In this document: positions 56,001-64,000 of the stretch, one piece after another
Layout: every line of letters starts with the position of its first letter
Numbering within the stretch: the stretch's first letter is position 1
Assembly (NCBI RefSeq): GCF_002113885.1
Contig: NW_018408787.1
Location: 247,185-311,184, forward strand
Direction: 5' to 3'
DNA: 64,000 nt
Source of the DNA: Mizuhopecten yessoensis
Lineage: Eukaryota
Notes under the pieces: model-generated
What the model saw: only the letters and a program-made list of their open reading frames with translations
Database searches by the model: none
Told to the model about the DNA's origin: nothing
Made by a program: the position numbers and the translations under genes

Positions 56001-59000
56001 GAGTTTCAAACAAGTGGTCAGTAGAACTAAGTAGTTTTTGATACCACCTTTCTATTACTCAAGTTACAGGTGGTCTCTACCACTGTTATTCCTTGAGTAC
56101 GAGACAGGTCGTCTGTAAGACGAGTTAACTTGAGTAAGAGACAGGTCGTCTGTAAGACGATTTAACTTGAGTAATAGACAGGTTGTCTCACGACTTTCTC
56201 ACTTTAGTTTTATACAGGTGGTCTTTAAGACTATCTCACTTGAGGTTCAGATAAGTTGTCTGTAAGACTATTAAACTTGTGGTTCAAATAAGTGGTCTGT
56301 AAGACTATTTAATTTGAGGTTCAGATAAGTGATCAGTAGGACTATTTAACTTGATGTTAAGATAAATGATCAGTAGGACTATTTAACTTGAGTAATAGTC
56401 AGGTGGTAATAAGAATATTTAACTTGAGGTTCAGATAAGTGGTCTGTAAGACGATTTTAGACAAGTGGTCTCTACGACTATTTAACTTGAGTCATAGACA
56501 GGTGGTCTGTTAGACTTTTTCACTTGAGTTTTAGACAGGTGATCTATCAGATTTGTTAACTTGAGTTATAGACAGGTGGTATCTCAGTAATTTTTTGTTG
56601 TTTCTATAGGACATTGTTTTAGTCTCTACGGATGGCTGAACGTTAGCTATGGACAGGTGGTTGAATTAGACAACTGATCGCTTAGACAGGGTATATATAT
56701 ACTAGTATAAATAAGTTAGGTTTTAAAGGACAGATAATTAGGCAATCACGACAGACAAATAGAGTATAAGGCTGATTTTACTGGACGCATATGCGGTTGT
56801 CTCTAAAGAGAAGTTGTCTCTGTATCTGAATAGGACATGACATTACGTAGGCTATAAGTCACGGGTTAGACTGGATATTTATTACAGCAAGGTATTAAGC
56901 CTCACTCTGTTGACGGATGCAATTTTAAGTTTGGTTTTATTTTGTTTAACGTCCTTTTAACAGGTATAATCATTTAAGAACGTGCGTCCGTACGTATTGT
57001 GGATGCAATATCAGAACTATTACCGGATCACATATTTTAAGTATCCTCATCAGACTGGATACTTCACATTCCGATCATTTTCAGTAAATAACTGTTTTCG
57101 GAAAAAAGAATAACAAACCAAAATAAAAGTAATGATGGGTTATTGAAAAATACTATAAATATCCGATTTAAAGAATTCCCTAGTATTACCGGGATCAGGA
57201 TTTAGGAGGTTCCACAAGACCTGGCACAATATTGGCTATACAATATTGACAAAGACCGTGATGCTTATTGCAAAAGTAATTTTGATACGACTTTTATTTT
57301 TATTATGTGATCAAGTGTTTCAATATGTCGAAATTGTGTCAGTAGTTTATTATTTGTTTTAGCAGTCTCTGCTGTCAATGCATTTTGAAGGCGATGGTAA
57401 CGAACACCGCCCACGTGGTAATGGTCTGTCAGAAGCACCTGTTTATATTTATATTTATATGGTACCGTATCACACTTCCTGTTGAGTCTTCTTCATCCGA
57501 GATCCAAATAAGCGGAAAGCGTCCCTCTTAAATATGTTCAATTTTTAATAAAAGCAATGTTTTACAGTTAAACGACAAGCTAAATTGAAGTGTCAATTAG
57601 TTGGGAAAATTACCGATAGTTAGTTTCTAGCAAGTTGTAACATTTCCTTTCATTTTTTTGTTTTTGTTTTTGAACACCAACGTTTCCAGTTTTGCTACTT
57701 AGGTGTATTACGCTGATACAAAATAATATACACAGAACATGAAGTGTGATACAGGATAACAGCACTAAACTGCTCATAGTCTATATCCATCCATGCTTGC
57801 TTATGTTTTACCATCTTTGTATTTAGTGATATTCACGACTTCAATGCCTTTGCCAAATCAACTAAACCCATAATTGCAAAATGGTTACATATCAATAAAA
57901 AGTAAAACCGGTACACTATCAGAAAGCTGAACTAAGGCAAAACACTGGCATACTCTTATGTCTGTTGCTTTTTCTTCTAGGGGAGAGGGATGTCGTTCAT
58001 GCATTTTAAGGCGGATGATAACGAGGAACCACCCAACGGTAAATTTTATACCACTATACCAAATATAAATTAAAATATATACTATGCAAACGGCAAATAA
58101 AAAGCAACAACATGGAGTGTACCTCCTTTGTAGAGAAGGTAGTCGCAGTAGTGCAGGACTCACCCATCCAACTGTCTGTAGACATTGCTTAGGTACAAGA
58201 TGAACTCACGATAGTTTACAATGTACTCTGGTAACAATCACTTCACGTGGCAAGATTATAGTGGTCATTTGTCAAAGGTTAAAGGTCTAAGGTCACAATT
58301 GACAACATTTCGGTTTGGTTAGGTTTAACTTTGTTTAACGGCTAGTTTTATTTAAGGACGTGCGTCCATATGTTTAGTGCATGCGTGCTTGCGTGTGTAT
58401 ATGCAGAGGACAGGGTATGTTGGAGTGCTTGCCTTCTTGTGATAGCGCGGATCTGATGCCGACTTTATAGTGCCATCTCACTGAAATACAATGCCGAAAG
58501 CACCCAGCACAGCATTCCTGCCGGTCACATTATACTGACAACGGTTGAACCAGTTGTTGCCATTCCCCTAAATGCTGAATGTCAAGCCGGGAATAGAAAC
58601 TACCATTTTAATGACTTTGGTATGTCGCGGCCTGTGGACAGAACCCATTGCCTTCCTCACCTGGGTGAACGCTCAACATAAAGGCCAAACGTGAGGAGTT
58701 GCCAAGCATGGCGCTAGGAAATAAAAAGTAGTTGGAAGTAAAAAAACAATTAAAGATCCCAAATATTACAATGGGTGCAAGTCTTGAAGTAATCCATGAA
58801 TATATTCATAGCAGTCCTTACAATCAGATAGGTAAAACATAGAGATTAATATTGATTATAGTAAAATACACATCAAAACCACCAAACAATACAAAAGCAA
58901 TTAATCAGACTCAAGTATATTATATTCCATTAGTGAAACCATACCACATTTAGGTATTAAATGTTGTAAATGTAAAATACCGATGGATGTAAACTTTAGG

Positions 59001-60880
59001 GTCAGAAGTTATAATGCTGAACTTGTGCACTTTTAACTTAAATCTAGCCTATGGTATTTTGAATCCAACAATAACTATGAAACATTGTTAAATAAGGACA
59101 GATTAATAAGGTCAGAAAAGCATGACTGTCATCAAAACATTTACAGCAGGGAAGGAAGTACAGTTGTATCTGATGTCACGTATCACATTAAAATAATGTA
59201 TTTCAGAAAATCACAGGAAACATACAATTCTGAACACAAACTATTTGTTTCGTCCGCATTATGATCAGCATTCCGACCACGCAGGTCCAGTCTAGTAGTC
59301 AATGAGTGCGATCGTTTAGGACCCATACATCCTTAACGAGTCCGCATGGGATAGGTGTGTCTTTTAATGTGTAGAAAATATATATTTATGCTGAAAAATT
59401 AAATTGCAGATGAAATGATTACGAATTCGCTCGCCATTCTTAACAACGAAATCTAAAAATATGCCATATGCACAAACGGCAATGCTATCTTCATGCATGT
59501 CTTTCATTAGAATAAAAAATATCTTTCCTATACAATGATATTATCATTCACTATAATATGACATTTACTTTTATCACTTGCCGTACAAGCACAATTGGTG
59601 ACCATTATGTAATTATGTTGCTTTGCTTTATAAGAACCAAACCTTTTGACCCACGTAATGTAGCTTGTAGGCTGTCACACAATCATTAACATTGCCTTGA
59701 TATGGCACAAAGTCATCACTAACCAAATATTTGTAGAATTCATATGCACCTCATAACTTTGCTTTGAGATCCAATTCTATCTGAAAGAAAAATGTTATCA
59801 TTATTTTATTTGGTTTGAATAATTTCCACTGTCCATCTATTCGTGTGAATTCAGTTTGTAGCAGTATCTTAAACAAGAAGTTTAAGTAAATCAATAGAAA
59901 AATGTTATCTTATTTAATTCTCTTTCTGCAGAGAAAAGTTTAAAGCCTTTTGTCTCGAAACACGTAAAAAGTTCAAATATCAATACTGAGTAGCAGTTTG
60001 CTGTATATTTTGCAATTTATTTAAATTTAAATTCAAATTCCTGTATCTTGTTGTCACATGATGTAGCTATTCGGTTGTGTAAAACAGGTACGGTTATGCA
60101 AGTATATCGCACATTTTATTGCTTATTTCCGCGGTTATTAATTTACAGAGGATTTTGCAGGGAGATTCCACAAATGGCAGTATTCCGATTGGGCTTTTAA
60201 GAAAAAGGACCTGAAGGAAAAATTTAAGTTGATACACTCGACTGGAGATGTCATAATCAGTGAAGGGGGAATATACATGCTGTACGCTCAGGTAAAACAT
60301 GGTCAATTATACCTCCAATAAACATCAACATGTCAGAGCATGCATATTTTAATGACACAAAATGCTGACTTCTTTTTGAGGAACTATTGCATAATTATGA
60401 TGATCAAATTATAAATCCAAATTTCTATTGTAGAATCGTAAATAACAGCATAATAATTAAATGAAAATTGTTTACTTATATGATAAAACCTTTTATCTTA
60501 TAAAACATATGTAAGACTATTCCGGCGTTGATCAGCGAGGGGAGATAACTCCTTAGTTATGAAATATTGTGTTCCTTTTTATTGAATTGTAGGTAACGCT
60601 GATGGGAAAACCAGATCAAGGTTTTAAGGTGGTTGTTCAGCGCCAAAATAAACAAAAAGATATTTTGTCGAAATGTATGATGAACTTCGAACCCGACACA
60701 CAGGAAACTCCCATACAATCACGTCAGGAGGACGGGTATATCACGTGCTCTTCTGTTGGTGTGTTTAAACTAGAAAAAGGAGATAGTGTCTTTCTACAGC
60801 ATACCAAGGACACAAATGTGAAAGCTGACTTTCGGGGAAACGCGTCTTTCTTTGGCTTTGTGAAGTTGGGAGATTTGTAA
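47006..60880 (+). CDS. TNF superfamily ligand gene 5, Eiger-like THD, no collagen (~372 aa; exon 3 has three alternatives)
   Basis: Exons: 47006-47377 (TM CCVCVVIVAMCCIIMGY); 47589-47849 (IVKR|SA, basic stalk; alternative donor at 47783); one of 55271-55325, 57363-57417 or 57981-58038; 60149-60291 (WQYSDW..GDVIISEGGIYMLYAQ); 60593-60880 (KC...TCSSVGVFKLEKGD...SFFGFVKL). Confidence 0.9.
48304..49462. mobile_element. Non-autonomous Helentron/HINE-like element with an internal ~156-bp tandem array
   Basis: Starts TTTTTAGCTCACCTG followed by a GTCC microsatellite, contains 5-6 units of ~156 bp, and ends with the sub-terminal inverted repeat CAGGTGAGC plus a 3' hairpin AGGCC-CTCTT-GGCCT. Confidence 0.8.
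51178..51382. repeat. Tandem duplication, ~2 x 105 bp
   Basis: CCATGCC..TAGATCGCCCAAAGTTTTAGAAG at 51178 and 51283. Confidence 0.85.
55271..55325 (+). CDS. Gene 5 alternative exon 3a (HSVLLVHFEGDGNEHYPQ)
   Basis: TTTAG|...CAGG|GTAAAA; 55 nt, phase 0->1. Confidence 0.8.
55420..56690. repeat. ~37-bp satellite (AACTTGAGTAATAGACAGGTGGTATACAACAATATTT) between exons 3a and 3b
   Basis: Homogeneous core at 55740-56000 with degenerate flanks. Confidence 0.85.
57363..57417 (+). CDS. Gene 5 alternative exon 3b (QSLLSMHFEGDGNEHRPR)
   Basis: TTTTAG|...CGTG|GTAATG; 55 nt, phase 0->1. Confidence 0.8.
57981..58038 (+). CDS. Gene 5 alternative exon 3c (GRGMSFMHFKADDNEEPPN)
   Basis: TTTTTCTTCTAG|...AACG|GTAAAT; 58 nt, phase 0->1. 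Confidence 0.72.
58308..58700 (-). mobile_element. Meta-domain SINE; a decayed 3' fragment of the same family lies at ~56930-57060
   Basis: The - strand has ACTGGTTCAACCGTTGTCAGTATAATGTGACC (Meta-domain-like) and an AAAC-rich tail. Confidence 0.65.
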
Positions 60881-61090
60881 CTGTGCACACATTTTATCCA
60901 TAACACTTATAGGTTCCATGTTTGAAGTGATAAAACTGTTGTAAAGAGATGGAGTTTTTCTACAGCATACCATGGACACAAATGTGAAAGCTGACTTTCG
61001 GGGAAGCGCGTCCTTTTTGGCTCTGTGAAGTGGGGAGAGTTGTAATTGTGCACATAACACTTTACTATTCGATGTTCGAAGTGATGAAAC
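60781..61090 (+). repeat. Tandem duplication (~165 bp) of the end of the gene 5 CDS into the 3' UTR
   Basis: CTACAGCATACCA.GGACACAAATGTGAAAGCTGACTTTCGGGGAA occurs at ~60794 and ~60960. Confidence 0.9.
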
Positions 61091-63277
61091 AGATGTTCTT
61101 GACCTCGAACCTAACACGTTATCATATAAGAAGATAACAGTTTCAATGTAACAGCAGAGCGTTGTATTTGTATTTATAATGATATCGTTTCTTGATCTTT
61201 AAATATCCGTTTAATACCTTTAAACATGTGTAACAGTAGACTGTTGTGTGTTACTTAGCAGTAATATGTCCAATGCCTACATGGGATTTTAAAAGGAATA
61301 AAAATGTACGATGCCGTAAAATGTCACCTCAGGTTATTCTCATTGGACATCAATATTGAGTCGTGTTGACATTATTTTAACACAACGCTGTATTTTTTTC
61401 TGAATATGTTACCGCAGACAGCTTTTCAACTATTATAAAACTAATGTTGATTGCTCTACTATATATAGGATTATGTGTACATAATGAATACCATAAGTTA
61501 GGAATGGTACAAGTTGAACTCATTGTATTAGTGTGTGTGCAGACATATATAAATGGTACGAATAGTGTGGTATATATCTGCTGTTGGCAAATAATGTTTA
61601 GTTCTTATAAAAACGTTAAAAATGAATTCATCTTTGTTTATGTTTTATAAGGTGTACTTATCAAAGTGGCAATTGAGTCAAACCGATAGAGGGTTTGCTT
61701 CCTGGAATAATGCTGTTTTTATTTGTATAGGAGAGGAGTTACAACCGGAGTAATTAGGTTTTGCTGTCAATACTTGTTAATGTGTCGCCCTCACAAACAA
61801 AGGTTGGTAGACTGTAGATGAGCCAAAGAATCAATGCAGCTGTAGATAAAATACAGAAAAATGACAAGAAAAAAAATGTAGATCTCATGTATAACGATGG
61901 GGGTATCACATTTATGTTCGTGTCTCTCCATACGTTGACACAGAGAAACATCATTCACAACGCAAGGTGACGGGCTGACTGATTCTCAGGGATTTTAGTA
62001 CAAGTACTTGTAGAATTATAGCAAGATTGTATAAAACATTTTAACTGAGCACATTTATGAGTGAGGTGATATCCTAATGTTATCATCACACCATACTGTA
62101 GCCCCGTAATAGACACTAAAGCTATGGGTTAAGTAGGTTACAGAGTGTTGTAACGTGCGTTGATCCATACAGATAAAGTGTAAACAACTATTTAATGAAG
62201 TTGATTAAACTGATAAAACTCTTGTAACATCGCGTTTAGGTATATTTTTTTATATAATACAACCTTTTTAAGTCGGGAACCAATAGATCTTTCGGTTCAC
62301 ACAGGTCTCATAGTCGAATGAGAGCTATAAGTGATACAGTTCTCGGATTGAGAATATATACAGCTTGACTGTGAGAAAAAGGTCACAGCCTAACTGATAA
62401 TAGTTGACCTACTTAAAACACTGACGTGAAACATTTTAGGCAGATATTCACCCATGTGTTCTTTTAAATAAATAATTCACGTTAATTTAACAAAAAAAAA
62501 TTTATGGATATATCTTTTTGTAAACCTGATTCACGTTTAAAGACATTTATGTCTAACAAGTATATAAACTGAGGGACAAACAAATTATCAATATACATGT
62601 AAGAGGGCAAGTGTTAGCGTGGATTGTTTTCCTCATACACCAAGTGTTGTGCTCGTATGACTTGACACTTTCGGGCAGACATCTACTGTTGTCCTGTTGG
62701 TAAACATCGTCCTTAACCTATTACGATAGCAAAAATAGCCATACAAACTATTTTTATACATGCTTGCTGCGCATAACATATGTATTAGAACTATTTTTAG
62801 ATATAAAACGTACCTGATCACAAAACAGACTCCTTCATGTTATAACACCCTTTTGTGACAAATAATGGCGATTTTTAACGCTTATCAAAGTACAGATGCA
62901 GTTATATTATAGCTGTGAATTACAAGAATAGGGAATGTAACACACTATAATACCTTAAACCTAAGACAATCATTGGTGACCCCTTTAATCACCTCGTGTT
63001 GTAATTGTATTAACATTGGCAACTGTTGTTATTCAGATGTCTTAAACACGAGAACTTTGTACCCGTGTTTACATGCCGGCATTAGGTGAAAAATAAGTTT
63101 GATATTCCTGGAATCATGCCCTTTTAAGGATTCGCCATGGCCAAGTTGCCCCGCCCATACACATATAGACGCCGCCTTTGGCCAAAACCACAACACTATC
63201 GTAACCGGGTGCTTGGTACTGCCACTAGATTTACTGGGTACCGAAACTCTGGGAATGACATCCGCGGGTTTTCAATA

Positions 63278-63287
63278 GGGAATTCCC
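63278..63287 (+). promoter_or_regulatory. Palindromic NF-kB site at the 5' end of gene 6
   Basis: GGGAATTCCC, about 24 nt before the ATG at 63311. Confidence 0.5.
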
Positions 63288-63310
63288 GTAAGTGAACCTT
63301 TTGCTTAAAA

Positions 63311-63643
63311 ATGGAGTGCAAAGTGCAAAAACATCCAGTCATCGTCTTTGACAAGGAAGGCGGATCTTCCACTGGGGATGGGAATTGCACCTCTTGCAGC
63401 CGTTGTGGCTTAAAGTTCGTAAGTTGGACGAATCTCACTCTTCTCTTCGTATTATTTCTGTCAAACATTTTTCTTCATTATAAGTGTATGACAATTTCAA
63501 ACGAACTGTCAGAATTACAGCAATCTCAGAAAAGAGGTGTTCCAGCCCAGGCTAGCTATCTTACTTCGTCAGTTCAGGATCTCGCAAGTGACTCCAAACC
63601 CCACAACAATGAGAAAACTCTGAGCAGAAGAAACAACCGCCAG
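63311..63643 (+). CDS. First coding exon of a probable sixth TNFSF ligand; the gene continues beyond the window
   Basis: Type II TM (LTLLFVLFLSNIFLHY) followed by a coiled-coil-like stalk. NCxSCxxC motif shared with gene 5, and a phase-0 donor CAG|GTAAAG as in all paralogs. No THD is visible in the window. Confidence 0.7.
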
Positions 63644-64000
63644 GTAAAGTTATCAAAATACAACATAAATAATATAAAGTTATCGATGCATATAATTATG
63701 GACGTTTAACAAAAGAATCTATAATGTATATCACTGAACAAAATTTACTCCACTGAAACAGGAATAAGTTAAACAGGTATGATAATTATTCATAAAATAT
63801 TACGCTAATTTGGTAGTCCCATATGGAAAAATACACATATTTGAAATGTTAAAATGAAGATTTTGAAACTGTTTTATTAGTTTAATTACAATGCAAATAA
63901 GGTCAGATGTTGTTTCCTTTCTATGACAGCCATTCATGTATTTGTACAATTGACCTTCTTTAATAGCTCGCAGTTACATACCGGCTTATTTTAGTCTTTT

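Noticed and set aside
4118-60880. C1q-domain protein interpretation (collagen plus beta-sandwich), or naming the genes EDA or eiger
   Set aside because: The type II anchor, furin site, AAHF strand, E-F Cys pair and terminal FG-hydrophobic strand fit a THD. Orthology cannot be established without a phylogeny, so no gene symbol is given.

Overview
Eukaryotic, AT-rich, intron-rich animal DNA. The repeat families (V-domain and Meta-domain SINEs, a Helentron-like element with internal satellite, CR1 and Penelope-like remnants) suggest a bivalve mollusc; this is an inference. Splicing exons by hand (GT-AG, phase-checked) gives a tandem array of at least six TNF-superfamily ligand genes, all on the + strand: five complete (about 340-380 aa) and the first exon of a sixth. 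Each complete gene encodes a type II membrane anchor, a stalk with a basic furin-type site and a C-terminal TNF homology domain (THD) with an E-F type Cys pair. Genes 2-4 add a collagen Gly-X-Y segment, giving an ectodysplasin-like architecture. Main unusual features: (i) gene 5 has three tandemly duplicated, frame-enforced mutually exclusive exons for THD strand A; (ii) genes 1-4 have an extra symmetric exon inserting a C-x3-[WF]-[DG]-G-x2-C loop into the THD; (iii) in gene 2, inverted satellite arrays flank the collagen exon, and a 2.7-kb minisatellite supplies a splice acceptor. All gene models are manual predictions with no transcript data or database searches.
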